NCBI GenBank assembly: GCA_026985515.1
Contig: JALSQH010000118.1
Coordinates: 1-38,909, forward strand
Direction of reading: 5' to 3'
Origin: a bacterium
GTDB taxonomy: Bacteria > JALSQH01
Length of the DNA: 38,909 bases
In this document: piece after piece, positions 18,545-28,682 of the stretch
Numbering within the stretch: position 1 is the stretch's first letter
Layout: every line of letters begins with the position of its first letter
Program-made: the position numbers and the translations under genes
The notes under the pieces: generated by a model
Databases searched by the model: none
The model's input: only the letters and a program-made list of their open reading frames with translations
What the model was told of the DNA's origin: nothing

Positions 18545-19327
18545 TTATTCCGGAAGCCTGATGCTGGTTTTAATTCCAAATAGCAGGTAACCTGTGTGAC
18601 TCACCATTCTTTCAAGGGGTCTTGTCATCCCTTTTCTGGGAAGCATATGTCTGAGGAGAATTTCAAAGCTTGTTATATCAATGAATCCTCTTTCCTTCAT
18701 TTTTACGCTCATTGTTTCAATTTGATTACAGGTGGGTGAGAGTACCCCGAGTCTTCCACCGCCCTTGAGTGCCACCACCGCTGGATCCAGAGCTTCCCAT
18801 GGAGAGGGTAAATCGATGAAGACTGCATCCACCTCTTTTTCGTCAAATCCTTCATGAGCCTGTCTGATCTTAAATTCCACCCTGTCTATAAGACCTGCGT
18901 TTTCAACATTCTTAATCGCATTTTTTTGAAATTTTTCGTTTCTGTCGTATGAGTATACTTTTCCATTTTCCCCAACTGCATTTGCCAGAGCTATTGTCAT
19001 ACTGCCTGAACCTGTTCCAATTTCAATAACTCTGCTGCCCTCCTTTATCCCGAGCCACATAATTATAATGGCAGCATCTTTGGGATATATAATCTGAGTT
19101 TCCCTTTTAACTTTCATCATCAGGTCTGGAATTACAGGTTCAACTATGTAAAATTTTCCCCTCTTGTTATGGGTATATGTGAAGTCTCCGAAGTCTGCTC
19201 CTATCAGTTTTTCAAGTTCTATTATGCCGTAATGGGTTGAGAGTGTTTTCCCTTTTTCCACTCTGACAAGGAATTTTTTCCCTTTTTCATCTATCAGAAG
19301 TACTCTATCACCTTCTTTAACTTTCAA
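18545..19327 (-). CDS. trmI: tRNA (adenine58-N1)-methyltransferase TrmI (GCD14 family)
   Basis: An N-terminal beta domain (EGDRVLLID.KGK.FLV.....L.TH.G.I....LIG), then IIYPKDAA.I......IKEGSRVIEIGTGSGSMT and FIDLPSPWEAL. Confidence 0.85.
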   Translation of the reverse strand: MKVKEGDRVLLIDEKGKKFLVRVEKGKTLSTHYGIIELEKLIGADFGDFTYTHNKRGKFYIVEPVIPDLMMKVKRETQIIYPKDAAIIIMWLGIKEGSRVIEIGTGSGSMTIALANAVGENGKVYSYDRNEKFQKNAIKNVENAGLIDRVEFKIRQAHEGFDEKEVDAVFIDLPSPWEALDPAVVALKGGGRLGVLSPTCNQIETMSVKMKERGFIDITSFEILLRHMLPRKGMTRPLERMVSHTGYLLFGIKTSIRLPE

Positions 19328-19355
19328 TTTTTCCTCCAGACAGGATGAAAAGAAC

Positions 19356-20387
19356 TTACGATTTTAGTTTGCTGATTATTTCCTGAAGCTCCCTGACACT
19401 GGTTGCACTTTCAAGAAGTGGAAGGATACTTTTCAGTTTTTCCCTGTCAACTGCTGCCAGTGAGTTGAGCAGAGTGGATAATACACCTATCTGCTGCTTT
19501 GTCTTTTTTCCGGGGATCAGACCTTTTTTTCCATACTTTTTAACAAGGGTTACGAGACTTTTCAGTGCCCGTTCCGGGTTGTTCAAATGTGGCAGGGCAT
19601 TGGTGAGGTAAGAAACTGAAACTCTTACAAATTGTTCTTCTTTTTCATCATTGATCCTGTCCATTGCGTTTCTGAGGGCGAAGAGTATGTTTTCCGAGGC
19701 AACTGAGCTCCATAACTGGTGTCTCAAAAGAGATTCAACAACACTCCTCCTCACCACTGGATTCTTATCAATAATGAGTTTGGTAAGATACTGAACTGAG
19801 TTGATACCCTTTATTTTAATCAGTGCTTCTGCCAGCTCTTTTTTAACCTTTTCATTGTCATACCCTGTGAATCTTTCTAAATGCTGGGCAAGATCCTCAG
19901 TACCTATTTCTCCTGCAATTAAGATAAGATTTCTAACCAGATACCACGGTTCATTTGTTGTATCCAGAAGTCTTGGAAGAATATCTGTGTGCCTGGCAAA
20001 GATGTTTTTCAAAATCTCAATGATCTGAATCCTGAGGTCTTTGGCTTCAACATCCTTTAACAGATTAAGAAGTGGCGTGACGGCTCTTTCCCCAAGTTTA
20101 ATATAAACCGGAAAGAGAATTTCTCTTTCACTTTTGGGCAGTTTAACAAATGTAGAATTTAAAGCCGTTATAATTTTGTCCCAGTCTATTTCCTTGCCAT
20201 GTTGCTGAGCAGTCTGGAGAAGTCCCAGGATCCTCATGCACTCACCAAAGAGGGAATTTTCACATAGTTGCGAAAAGAAGGAGTATATCTCTTCAAGATC
20301 CTTTTCCCAATCTTCAGTTGTGAGATCTCTCTCCCACTTTTCTATCTGCTCGGAAAATTTACCAATTAATTCCTTTGCCTTTTCCAT
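19356..20387 (-). CDS. HEAT/armadillo-like repeat protein, function unknown
   Basis: An all-helical, leucine-rich sequence with a periodic pattern (e.g. VRRSVVESLL, VRNLILIAGEIG) typical of HEAT-like repeats. No catalytic motif. Confidence 0.5.
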   Translation of the reverse strand: MEKAKELIGKFSEQIEKWERDLTTEDWEKDLEEIYSFFSQLCENSLFGECMRILGLLQTAQQHGKEIDWDKIITALNSTFVKLPKSEREILFPVYIKLGERAVTPLLNLLKDVEAKDLRIQIIEILKNIFARHTDILPRLLDTTNEPWYLVRNLILIAGEIGTEDLAQHLERFTGYDNEKVKKELAEALIKIKGINSVQYLTKLIIDKNPVVRRSVVESLLRHQLWSSVASENILFALRNAMDRINDEKEEQFVRVSVSYLTNALPHLNNPERALKSLVTLVKKYGKKGLIPGKKTKQQIGVLSTLLNSLAAVDREKLKSILPLLESATSVRELQEIISKLKS

Positions 20388-20426
20388 GTTTTTAGTTTAT
20401 TATATTTTTGTCTGATGTGTCAAGTT

Positions 20427-21092
20427 TTACTTAATTTTCGTAGCTCTCAACAGCCTGACCATGTTTAAAAAATAAAAGTGTTCCTCAAAGTTACCAAACC
20501 CGTTTTCAGAAAGTATCTTTTTCCAGTCATGTTTTATGTAACCAAAGGCATAGGGACATTCAATAAATTCAAAAACCTTTCTCTTGTAAAAAGGAATTTC
20601 CTCAATTTTGAATTCATTGTAATCGAGGATAAAGAAGTTGCCGCCTTCTTTCAAAGCCTTCGATGCATTCTCAATTACCTTAAGCCTTGAATCGTGGGGG
20701 AGTCCGTGAAGCACGAAAGAAATGAAGGCTCTGTCAAATTTTCCAGTATATTCTTCGGGTAAAGGTATATCGATCCTCCTTTTTACAATTCTAACATTTT
20801 TGTAACCTGCGCATTTTTTCCTGAATGTTTTTATCATATCTTCACCGATGTCAAGGCCGGTGATTTCTCCCTCATCTGACAGGTATTTTCTCATCTTACA
20901 TGCATTGTAACCATTGCCTGCACCAAAATCTATGATTTTATCATCTGGTCTGATTTTCATCTTTTTTATCACATGGCTGATAAAGATTGAGTAGGTGCCA
21001 AGTGTGAGAATGTTGAGTAACTTTTCATACTGGGTTGCCATTATACCTGATATTTCCACGCTTGAATCAGGGTAGAGTTTCTTATTGTTCAT
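20427..21092 (-). CDS. Class I SAM-dependent methyltransferase
   Basis: Motif I is IIDFGAGNGYN. An acidic residue ends beta-2 (GLDIGEDM). The post-motif is LKEGGNFFILD. It overlaps the upstream NUDIX gene by 11 nt. Confidence 0.75.
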   Translation of the reverse strand: MNNKKLYPDSSVEISGIMATQYEKLLNILTLGTYSIFISHVIKKMKIRPDDKIIDFGAGNGYNACKMRKYLSDEGEITGLDIGEDMIKTFRKKCAGYKNVRIVKRRIDIPLPEEYTGKFDRAFISFVLHGLPHDSRLKVIENASKALKEGGNFFILDYNEFKIEEIPFYKRKVFEFIECPYAFGYIKHDWKKILSENGFGNFEEHFYFLNMVRLLRATKIK

Positions 21093-21609
21093 TCCTTCCC
21101 TCCAGTATTTTCCTTGCCTTCTTCAGGGATTCAGTAAAACACCTGAAGGGAATTGGAGGAAGGTCTTCATATCTGAAAAGCTTTGCTTCTTCTGCATCAT
21201 CACCTGCTCTGAGGGAACCACCTGTGATTTTAACCAGATATGTGATAACCAGAACATCTCCATACACCTTGGAATTATTTCTGTATACACCCAGTAATTC
21301 CTCAACTTCTCCCTTCATTCCTGTTTCCTCTTCCAGTTCTCTGATAGCGGTTTCTTCAGGATCTTCTCCCTCTTCTATAAAGCCACTTGGAGGTGCCCAT
21401 ACTCCTTTCTGTGGTTCTCTCCCCCTTTTTATGAGAAGAAATTTACCATCTCTGTGGGCAATGATTCCCACAGATGGCAGAGGATTTCTGTAGTGAATGA
21501 AACCGCATCTGGGACAGTAGGCTCTTTCCCTTCCCTCTATGTATCTGGTTTCAAGTGGCGTTGCACAGTATGGACAGTATTTGTACTCTGGAGGAATTTT
21601 TTCACTCAT
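21082..21609 (-). CDS. NUDIX hydrolase with an N-terminal zinc ribbon
   Basis: The zinc ribbon is CPYC...CPRC. The NUDIX box is SGFIEEGEDPEETAIRELEEETG. An ATGA overlap joins it to the upstream M20 gene. Confidence 0.85.
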   Translation of the reverse strand: MSEKIPPEYKYCPYCATPLETRYIEGRERAYCPRCGFIHYRNPLPSVGIIAHRDGKFLLIKRGREPQKGVWAPPSGFIEEGEDPEETAIRELEEETGMKGEVEELLGVYRNNSKVYGDVLVITYLVKITGGSLRAGDDAEEAKLFRYEDLPPIPFRCFTESLKKARKILEGRNEQ

Positions 21610-22928
21610 TTCCCGAGATACCTTTTCACTATTTCAAACATTATCTTTGTGCCCCATTCGAGATTATCGAGTGAAACCCTTTCATCTATTCCGTGAATTC
21701 GGTCCAGTTCCTCCACTGGAACAATTATTGGAACAATACCATAACCAAGTGAGCCTCTCATTCTGAAAAAGCGTGTATCGGTTATGCCGGGAGAAATGAA
21801 AGGCAGAACTTCAACTCCCTCTTCATTCAACACGTTTTTGATGACTGAGTATATTTCTGTGTCAACTGGAGATTCATTTGGATTGAAAGTTATTACTGGC
21901 TCAACTTCCACATCAAAGGGTTCCCCAAGTTTCCTTATTTCTTCAATGAAATCCTCTACGGTGGTACCGGGTACAATTCTGCAGTCGAGAGAGGCTTCTG
22001 CAATTTCAGGGATTACATTTCCCTTGTATCCCCAGTTTCCCATTGTAACACTGATGGTATTCTGTATTGCGGCTCCCAGTTTTGGATTTTCTTCCAGTTT
22101 TTTTCTGATAAATCCAAGAGAGCCAAGTGATTCCGCATTATTCATTATCATTTTTGCTATTCCACCCTGATACTTTGCCATACCCCTGAAAAATTCCTGC
22201 ATGCTTTCCGTAAATTTGAGGGGAAACCTGTGATTGATGAGGGTATGGAGAAATTCAATCAACTTGTTTGGTGCACTGTCTTTAATAGGCATTGAGCCGT
22301 GTCCCGGTCGTCCATGAGTTTTAATTTTTAACCAGGCCACACCCTTTTCCCCGGTTGAGAGAGAAAACAGCGGTTTGTTGTCAGGTAAAATTCCAGTGGT
22401 TCCATATCCCCCCTCACCAAGAACTACAGGTGATTCTGTGAGGTCAGGAAAATTTTCCAGCACATATTTTGCCCCAGCCTCACCACCTTCCTCCTCATCT
22501 GCCACGGAAAGCATTATGAGGTCTTTTTTGAGTTTGATGTTGTTTCTCTTTATTAAGAACATCACAACAGCATGAATTACCACGAGAATTTTTATGTCAA
22601 GGGCTCCTCGCCCATAGATGTATCCATCTTTTATTGCACCACTGAAAGGGTCAACTGACCATTCCTTTTTATCAGCAGGGACAACATCGAGATGGGAAAG
22701 TAAAAGCAAACCTTTTCCCCCCTCTTCGCCGGGGATTCTTGCCCAGAAGGTTGCTCTGTTTTCCCCCGGTGCGGGAAGTATTCTGTTTTCTATTCCTTCT
22801 CTGTCAAATTTTTCTTTCAGAAACTCAGCCAGAGGTTTTTCATTGCCGGGTGGATTGGTGGTGTCAAATTTTATTATTTCCTGAAGTAATTCCACCACTT
22901 CTTTTCTGACAAGTTTGAAATCAATCAT
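21606..22928 (-). CDS. M20 family metallopeptidase (ArgE/DapE/ACY1/CPG2 type)
   Basis: [18 protein letters not shown] and ADEEEGG metal-ligand motifs are present. I prefer the ATG at 22928 (MIDFKLV...), which follows GGAGGGAG. That start overlaps the hisIE stop by 8 nt. The ORF-track start is 22958. Confidence 0.8.
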   Translation of the reverse strand: MIDFKLVRKEVVELLQEIIKFDTTNPPGNEKPLAEFLKEKFDREGIENRILPAPGENRATFWARIPGEEGGKGLLLLSHLDVVPADKKEWSVDPFSGAIKDGYIYGRGALDIKILVVIHAVVMFLIKRNNIKLKKDLIMLSVADEEEGGEAGAKYVLENFPDLTESPVVLGEGGYGTTGILPDNKPLFSLSTGEKGVAWLKIKTHGRPGHGSMPIKDSAPNKLIEFLHTLINHRFPLKFTESMQEFFRGMAKYQGGIAKMIMNNAESLGSLGFIRKKLEENPKLGAAIQNTISVTMGNWGYKGNVIPEIAEASLDCRIVPGTTVEDFIEEIRKLGEPFDVEVEPVITFNPNESPVDTEIYSVIKNVLNEEGVEVLPFISPGITDTRFFRMRGSLGYGIVPIIVPVEELDRIHGIDERVSLDNLEWGTKIMFEIVKRYLGK

Positions 22929-23640
22929 TTTTCTCCCTCCTTCTTCTCTTCTCTTCAATGCCAGAGATTCCCTCCCGTTCTTTTAATATTTTCAGTACAT
23001 TGATAGGCGAAATATCCATGAATCCCAGAGCAACCAGGAAGTGAAAGAGAAGATCAGCTCCTTCAGAGGCGATTTTCTCGCTATTTTCTCCCAGGTCAGA
23101 TGCACGAATAAATTCATAAGTTTCCTCAAGCAGTTTTTTGTGGATTTTTTCTTTTCCTTTCACCATGAGAGATTTCACATAGGATTTTTCGGGATCTCCG
23201 TTTTCTTTTCTGTCCAGGATAGTCCTGTAAAGTTCAAGGATAAATTTTGGAAGATAGATTTCTTCAGGTTTCACCATAACAGGCAGTACCGCTCTGAGTT
23301 TTCCATCTTCGATTTTTCTGTAGAAACAGCTTCTCCTCCCCGTATGACATGCGGGACCTTCCTGATCAACTTTAAGAAGAATGGAGTCGCCATCGCAGTC
23401 AATATAAATCTCCCTTACCTTCTGAAAGTGTCCAGATTCTTCACCTTTCAACCACAGTTTTTTTCTTGATCTGGAGTAATAGTGTGCATAACCTGTTTCA
23501 AGGGTTTTTATGAGTGCTTCTCTGTCCATGTATGCCTGCATCAGTACTTCATTGTTGCTGAAATCCTGTACTATGGCAACTACAAGTCCATTCTGGTCAA
23601 ATTTTACATTTTCCAGGATTTCCCGGGTATTCACTTCCAT
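22921..23640 (-). CDS. hisIE: Bifunctional phosphoribosyl-AMP cyclohydrolase / phosphoribosyl-ATP pyrophosphatase
   Basis: The HisI part has LVVAIVQD......LMQAYM, YYSRSR..LW.KGE.SG and DCDGD..L..V.Q.G.ACHTG..SCF. The HisE part has YV..L......I..K..EE..E and ADLLFH. Confidence 0.9.
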   Translation of the reverse strand: MEVNTREILENVKFDQNGLVVAIVQDFSNNEVLMQAYMDREALIKTLETGYAHYYSRSRKKLWLKGEESGHFQKVREIYIDCDGDSILLKVDQEGPACHTGRRSCFYRKIEDGKLRAVLPVMVKPEEIYLPKFILELYRTILDRKENGDPEKSYVKSLMVKGKEKIHKKLLEETYEFIRASDLGENSEKIASEGADLLFHFLVALGFMDISPINVLKILKEREGISGIEEKRRRREKND

Positions 23641-23647
23641 TTTTTCC

Positions 23648-24490
23648 TCACAGTCTCACCGGTATTCCTCTATTTTTTAAAAATTCCTTTGCCTCTCTTA
23701 TTGTAAATTCCCGATAGTGGAAAATTGATGCTGCTAAAACTGCGTCAGCCTTCCCGATGGTGAACCCTTCGTAGAGATGCTCCAGATTACCTGCACCGCC
23801 TGAAGCAATGAGGGGAATTTTTACGGAAGTTGAAACTTCAGCTGTAAGCTCCAGGTCGTATCCCTGTTTGGTTCCATCTCTATCCATACTTGTTAGAAGT
23901 ATTTCACCGGCTCCCATTTTTTCAACAAATTTTGCCCATTTTACTGCATCAATTCCTGTGGGCTTTCTCCCGCCATGGGTGTAAACTTCAAATTTGCTCT
24001 GATTATCTATTCTGACTTCTTCCCACATTTCTGAGAAACCTTTTTCCCTGTAGTACATTTCCAGCGTTTCTTCATTTTTCTTTTCCGTTATTCTCCTTGC
24101 GTCTATTGCAACCACTATGCACTGACTTCCAAACTTCTCCGCACCCTCTTCTATCAGGTGGGGATTGTATACTGCAGCGGTGTTTATTGAAACCTTGTCT
24201 GCACCAACGTTTAAAAGAGCCCTTATGTCATCAATGGTTCTTATGCCTCCCCCTACGGTGAGAGGTAGAAAAACTCTCCTTGCAGTTTCTCTGACAACAT
24301 CAATGATGATTCCCCTTTTCTCGTATGAGGCTGTTATGTCAAGAAAGGTTATTTCATCTGCATCTTCCTCGTCGTACCTCATGGCAATTTCCACTGGATC
24401 TCCAGCGTCGCGAAGATTTACAAAGTTTACACCCTTTACCACCCTCCCATCCTTCACATCAAGGCAGGGGATTATTCTTTTTGCCAGCAT
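23648..24490 (-). CDS. hisF: Imidazole glycerol phosphate synthase, cyclase subunit
   Basis: [64 protein letters not shown] and IASGGAG are present. Confidence 0.95.
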   Translation of the reverse strand: MLAKRIIPCLDVKDGRVVKGVNFVNLRDAGDPVEIAMRYDEEDADEITFLDITASYEKRGIIIDVVRETARRVFLPLTVGGGIRTIDDIRALLNVGADKVSINTAAVYNPHLIEEGAEKFGSQCIVVAIDARRITEKKNEETLEMYYREKGFSEMWEEVRIDNQSKFEVYTHGGRKPTGIDAVKWAKFVEKMGAGEILLTSMDRDGTKQGYDLELTAEVSTSVKIPLIASGGAGNLEHLYEGFTIGKADAVLAASIFHYREFTIREAKEFLKNRGIPVRL

Positions 24491-25221
24491 CAGTTTCCTG
24501 CTCCTGCAATTTTAAGTGCTTCCTTCAAATCGATGGAACCATCGTAAATGGCTCTTCCAATTATTACTCCTTCAAACAGAGAATGTTTGATGGTTGAAAG
24601 TTTGATTATGTCTTCAATTGTGGATACCCCCCCCGATGCAACAACGGGAAATGGAGAATAATTCAGAACCTTCTCCAGTTTTTCAATTGATACACCGGAA
24701 AGGGTACCATCTTTCGAAATATCGGTAAAGATTATCCCTCTGAGGGGATAATCTCTGTAAACATCGATAAGTTCTGTGAGGGTAAAGGTTGATAACTCTC
24801 TCCATCCTCTCAAAGCAACCCTTTCTCCGGCAACATCAAGGCCCAGCATTACTCTTTCAGGAAATGATTCAATGATTTTCCTCGCTTCTTCAATATTTGT
24901 GACTGCAATAGTGCCAATTACAATTCTGTCAACTCTCAGATCTATATACTTTTTTGCCTTTTCCAGATTTCTTATTCCTCCCCCAACTTCTATCTTCACT
25001 TTCGTTTTTGCAACCATATCTTCAATTATTGGAAAATTAACGGGGGTTCCTTCCCGGGCACCATCAAGATCAACAACATGAACGAGTTCAACCCCTAAGT
25101 CCTCAAAAATCTTCAACTGGGTAAAGGGATCAGCATTGTAGTAGGTTACCTGATCATAGTCTCCCTGATAAAGTCTGACAACCTTTCCCTGTAAGAGGTC
25201 TATTGCGGGATAAATTTTCAC
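24490..25221 (-). CDS. hisA: 1-(5-phosphoribosyl)-5-[(5-phosphoribosylamino)methylideneamino]imidazole-4-carboxamide isomerase
   Basis: [36 protein letters not shown] and ASGGV are present. I prefer the GTG at 25221, which gives (M)KIYPAIDL, follows AGGTGG by 8 nt and forms a GTGA overlap with the hisH stop. The ORF-track start is 25233. Confidence 0.9.
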   Translation of the reverse strand: MKIYPAIDLLQGKVVRLYQGDYDQVTYYNADPFTQLKIFEDLGVELVHVVDLDGAREGTPVNFPIIEDMVAKTKVKIEVGGGIRNLEKAKKYIDLRVDRIVIGTIAVTNIEEARKIIESFPERVMLGLDVAGERVALRGWRELSTFTLTELIDVYRDYPLRGIIFTDISKDGTLSGVSIEKLEKVLNYSPFPVVASGGVSTIEDIIKLSTIKHSLFEGVIIGRAIYDGSIDLKEALKIAGAGN

Positions 25222-25835
25222 CTCAATGACCACCTGAAAAAGTTATTTAAAAATCTGAGACCGATTCTTCCGCTTTTTTCGGGATGAAACTGAACAGCGA
25301 CTATGTTGTCCTTTACGACTGCAGATGTGAAATCAACACCGTAATCTGTTGTTGCAAATTCAAATTCTTTTTCTTCTGTAGACGCATAGTAGGAATGCAC
25401 GAAGTAGAAGTATGTTCCTGAGGGGATTCTATCAAAAAGAGGATGTTCCCCCTTAGTCCATACCTGATTCCATCCCATGTGTGGTATTTTATAACCCTCG
25501 GGGAGATTGAATTTCACCACCTTTCCCTTGACCCAGCCAAATCCTTTCTGCTTACCGAATTCCTCACTTTCCTCAAATATGAGCTGTAAGCCGAGGCAGA
25601 TACCGAGGTAAGGTTTCTTTTTTTCAATTATCTCTTCATTCAGAAGTTCTATAAGCCCATTTTTTGCCAGGTTGCTCATGGCATCTCCAAAGGCTCCCAC
25701 CCCGGGCAGAACAAGAGCATGTGCTCTCTTTAATTCATCGGGAGAAGAGGATACGAAAGCCTTTATGCCAAGGTATTCAAAGGCTTTTAAAACACTGCCA
25801 ATGTTACCCATGCCGTAATCAATTATTCCAATCAT
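25218..25835 (-). CDS. hisH: Imidazole glycerol phosphate synthase, glutamine amidotransferase subunit
   Basis: IGIIDYGMGN, LPGVGAFG, GICLGLQL (the nucleophile Cys) and QFHPEKS are present. An ATGA overlap joins it to hisB. Confidence 0.95.
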   Translation of the reverse strand: MIGIIDYGMGNIGSVLKAFEYLGIKAFVSSSPDELKRAHALVLPGVGAFGDAMSNLAKNGLIELLNEEIIEKKKPYLGICLGLQLIFEESEEFGKQKGFGWVKGKVVKFNLPEGYKIPHMGWNQVWTKGEHPLFDRIPSGTYFYFVHSYYASTEEKEFEFATTDYGVDFTSAVVKDNIVAVQFHPEKSGRIGLRFLNNFFRWSLR

Positions 25836-26419
25836 GTTTCAATAAGGCCCTTGGTTGAAGGAAGGTCTTCTCCAGAAATTGTAATTGCTTCCCTGATGGC
25901 GCGGGCTGTTGCTTTGAAAATGGCTTCAATGGCGTGGTGGGTATTTCCCCCTTTGAGAAGATCAATGTGGAGGTTACATTTAAGATGATTCACAAATCCC
26001 CTGAAAAATTCTTCCACAAGTTCAGTGTCAAAGTTGCCAACTCTTGGGGATGAGAAGGATGCATTGAAAGAGAGAAACGGTCTGCCTCCAATATCCAGTG
26101 CAACTCTTGCAAGGGTTTCATCCATGGGAAGAATGAAGAAACCGTACCTTTTTATGCCGACTCTTTTCCCGAGAGCGTTACTGATTGCTTCTCCCAGAAC
26201 AATACCTGTGTCTTCCACAAGGTGGTGATAGTCAACTTCAATATCACCTGACGCAAATATTCTCAGGTCAATTCCGCTGTGTTTCGAGAAAAGTTCCAGC
26301 ATATGTTTGAGAAAACCCACCGGTATCTCTATCTGATAGTCACCTTTTCCATCTAAGTTTAATTCAACCTCAATGGAGGTTTCACCAGTTGCTCTACGCA
26401 GAGTAGCTCTTCTCTCCAT
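25832..26419 (-). CDS. hisB: Imidazoleglycerol-phosphate dehydratase (monofunctional)
   Basis: R.T.ET.I.V.L.LDG, DYHHLVEDTGI and GGNTHHAIEAIFKA are present. At 195 aa it has no fused histidinol-phosphatase domain. Confidence 0.93.
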   Translation of the reverse strand: MERRATLRRATGETSIEVELNLDGKGDYQIEIPVGFLKHMLELFSKHSGIDLRIFASGDIEVDYHHLVEDTGIVLGEAISNALGKRVGIKRYGFFILPMDETLARVALDIGGRPFLSFNASFSSPRVGNFDTELVEEFFRGFVNHLKCNLHIDLLKGGNTHHAIEAIFKATARAIREAITISGEDLPSTKGLIET

Positions 26420-26440
26420 GTTGTTCCCTCTTGTTTCTTA

Positions 26441-26469
26441 ATTCTAACATATAGGAAGGGGAAAGACAA
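26441..26469 (-). promoter_or_regulatory. Candidate sigma-70 promoter of the his gene block
   Basis: On the minus strand: TTGTCT (26469-26464), a 17-nt spacer, then TAGAAT (26446-26441). A 21-nt leader containing AGAGGGA precedes the hisB ATG at 26419. Confidence 0.4.
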
Positions 26470-26541
26470 ATGAAGATTGACATTGGTAAAAATCTGTTTA
26501 ACTTATTTAACAGAAAAAAACAAAAAGAAAGGAGAAGAGCT

Positions 26542-28473
26542 ATGGCAGGGAAAATAGTTGGAATAGACCTTGGAACAACAAATTCCGTTGTGGCAGTTAT
26601 GGAAGGGGGTGAGGTGAAAGTCATCCCCAATGAAGAAGGTGATAGAATTACCCCTTCTGTGGTTGCTTTCACGAAGGAGGGGGAAATTTTAGTTGGACAG
26701 GTTGCCAAGAGACAGGCAATCACCAATCCTGAGAACACCATCTATTCAATTAAAAGATTTATAGGTAGAAGATGGGAAGAGGCTCAGGAAGAGGCGAAAA
26801 GGGTTCCATATAAAGTGGAGAGAGCCCCAAATGGTGGGGTTCAGGTGAGGGTAGGTGATAAAACTTATACTCCCGAACAGATTTCTGCTTTTATACTACA
26901 AAAACTGAAAAAGGCTGCTGAAAACTACCTTGGAACAACTGTGTCTGAGGCAGTTATAACAGTCCCGGCATATTTTAACGACAGCCAGAGGCAGGCAACC
27001 AAGGATGCTGGTAGAATTGCAGGATTTAATGTGAGAAGAATTATAAATGAGCCAACGGCTGCCGCTCTTGCCTACGGAGTGGACAAAAAGAAGGATGAAA
27101 AGGTTGCCGTTTACGACTTTGGTGGTGGAACCTTTGATATTTCCATTCTTGAGATTGGTGATAATGTAGTGGAGGTCAAGTCAACTGCCGGTGACACTCA
27201 TCTCGGTGGCGATGATATTGACCAGAGAATCATTGACTGGTTAATAGATGAATTCAAAAAGGAAACTGGCATAGATCTCAGAAATGACAGAATGGCTCTC
27301 CAGAGATTGAAAGAAGCGGCAGAAAGGGCCAAGAAGGAGCTTTCAACCACAACTGAGACAGAAATAAATCTTCCCTTTATCACAGCGGATCAGACCGGTC
27401 CAAAGCATCTGGTGAAAAAGCTCTCCAGATCACAGCTTGAGAAGATGATAATGGATATAGTTGACAGGACAATTGAGCCGTGTAAAAGAGCCCTGGAGGA
27501 TGCAAAGCTTACTCCATCTGATATTGATGAGGTTATTCTGGTGGGTGGTTCAACAAGGATTCCTCTGGTTCAGCAGAAGGTGAAGGAGTTTTTTGGTAAG
27601 GAGCCCCACAAGGGCGTTAACCCTGATGAAGTTGTTGCTGTAGGTGCTGCCATTCAGGGAGCTATTCTTGCTGGTGAGATGAAGGATGTTCTTTTGCTGG
27701 ATGTCACTCCACTTTCACTCGGTATAGAGACACTTGGTGGAGTAATGACTGTTCTCATACCGAGAAATACAACCATACCAACGAGAAAATCAGAAATCTT
27801 TACCACTGCCGCTGACAATCAGACGCAGGTTGAGATACATGTTCTCCAGGGTGAGAGACCAATGGCGAAAGATAACAGAACACTTGCAAGATTCATTCTT
27901 GACGGAATACCTCCTGCCCCGAGAGGTGTTCCAAAGATAGAAGTTACTTTTGACATAGACGCCAATGGAATTCTTCATGTATCAGCCAAGGACCTTGCAA
28001 CGGGGAAAGAGCAGAAGGTGGTGGTCCAGGCATCCACCGGACTCACTGAAGAGGAGATTCAGAGGATGATCCGGGAAGCTCAGGAGAAAGCTGAAGAGGA
28101 TAGAAGGAAGAAAGAAATCATAGAATTGAGGAACAGACTTGATACCCTTGTTTACAGCAGTGAAAAGGTTCTGAATGAGAACAAGGATAAAATACCTGTG
28201 GCAGATCTCAATGAATTGCAGGATGCCATCAATGAAGCTAAAAAGCTCCTGGAGCAGCAGAGTGAAGATAAGACAGCCATAGAAAGTGCTCTGAACAGGC
28301 TTACGGCGGTATCTTCAAGAATCGCTGAGACGCTCTATCGGCAGGCTGGTGCAACTGGTGGTACCGGAGCAACAGGAAGTACGGGAGGTACAGCAGCCGG
28401 AGGATCTTCAGGCACCTCTGGATCAGATGAAAAGAAGGGTGACGATGGAGTAATAGATGCCGAAATAGAATAA
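26542..28473 (+). CDS. dnaK: Molecular chaperone DnaK (Hsp70)
   Basis: Canonical [15 protein letters not shown]..., DLGGGTFD-type motifs and a Gly/Ser/Thr-rich C-terminal tail. I prefer the ATG at 26542, which follows AAGGAGAAG. The 24-aa extension from 26470 has no Hsp70 counterpart and contains a TTGACA hexamer. Confidence 0.95.
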   Translation: MAGKIVGIDLGTTNSVVAVMEGGEVKVIPNEEGDRITPSVVAFTKEGEILVGQVAKRQAITNPENTIYSIKRFIGRRWEEAQEEAKRVPYKVERAPNGGVQVRVGDKTYTPEQISAFILQKLKKAAENYLGTTVSEAVITVPAYFNDSQRQATKDAGRIAGFNVRRIINEPTAAALAYGVDKKKDEKVAVYDFGGGTFDISILEIGDNVVEVKSTAGDTHLGGDDIDQRIIDWLIDEFKKETGIDLRNDRMALQRLKEAAERAKKELSTTTETEINLPFITADQTGPKHLVKKLSRSQLEKMIMDIVDRTIEPCKRALEDAKLTPSDIDEVILVGGSTRIPLVQQKVKEFFGKEPHKGVNPDEVVAVGAAIQGAILAGEMKDVLLLDVTPLSLGIETLGGVMTVLIPRNTTIPTRKSEIFTTAADNQTQVEIHVLQGERPMAKDNRTLARFILDGIPPAPRGVPKIEVTFDIDANGILHVSAKDLATGKEQKVVVQASTGLTEEEIQRMIREAQEKAEEDRRKKEIIELRNRLDTLVYSSEKVLNENKDKIPVADLNELQDAINEAKKLLEQQSEDKTAIESALNRLTAVSSRIAETLYRQAGATGGTGATGSTGGTAAGGSSGTSGSDEKKGDDGVIDAEIE

Positions 28474-28500
28474 AAAAGTCATATCTGATTATGAGCTGCC

Positions 28501-28530
28501 GGAGGAGGGTTTTCCCCCTCCTCTTTTTTT
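28501..28530 (+). terminator. Rho-independent terminator of dnaK
   Basis: GAGGAGGG, a 6-nt loop (TTTTCC), then CCCTCCTC, followed by seven T. It lies 28 nt after the stop codon. Confidence 0.85.
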
Positions 28531-28633
28531 ATATCTGAAAGGACAGATCGATTTCTTCAATCTTGTGCCGTAATTCCCTCAGAAGAAATTTTCCTTTCTG
28601 CTTCTCAAATCTTCCCTGCCGGTACCTTATACT

Positions 28634-28662
28634 TTGTTTTTAAGGCCACTATGTGATAAAAT
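28634..28662 (+). promoter_or_regulatory. Candidate sigma-70 promoter (extended -10) for rel
   Basis: TTGTTT (28634-28639), a 17-nt spacer, then TGaTAAAAT with the -10 hexamer at 28657-28662. An AAGGAGG Shine-Dalgarno sequence sits at 28671-28677. Confidence 0.4.
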
Positions 28663-28682
28663 GTAAATTTAAGGAGGAAAGG

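Noticed and set aside
23993-24094. A ~33-aa insertion in HisF ([33 protein letters not shown]) relative to the Thermotoga maritima protein.
   Set aside because: The same loop is variable and expanded in other HisF proteins, for example in E. coli. All catalytic and phosphate-binding motifs are intact, so this is ordinary loop variation.
26470-26541. Long N-terminal extensions in the ORF track for dnaK, and similarly for rel (28653), the giant gene (31329), GT2 (37586), ccdA (38460), the M20 gene (22958) and the first DUF4388 gene (6367).
   Set aside because: In each case an internal ATG or GTG with a good Shine-Dalgarno sequence gives the family-typical N-terminus. The extension overlaps a promoter element or the neighbouring gene. 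These are ORF-calling artefacts, not unusual proteins.
26542-28473. dnaK stands alone, without grpE or dnaJ, and I found no CIRCE or HAIR element upstream.
   Set aside because: Unlinked dnaK genes are common. The absence of a recognisable heat-shock operator in a 120-nt region is weak negative evidence.
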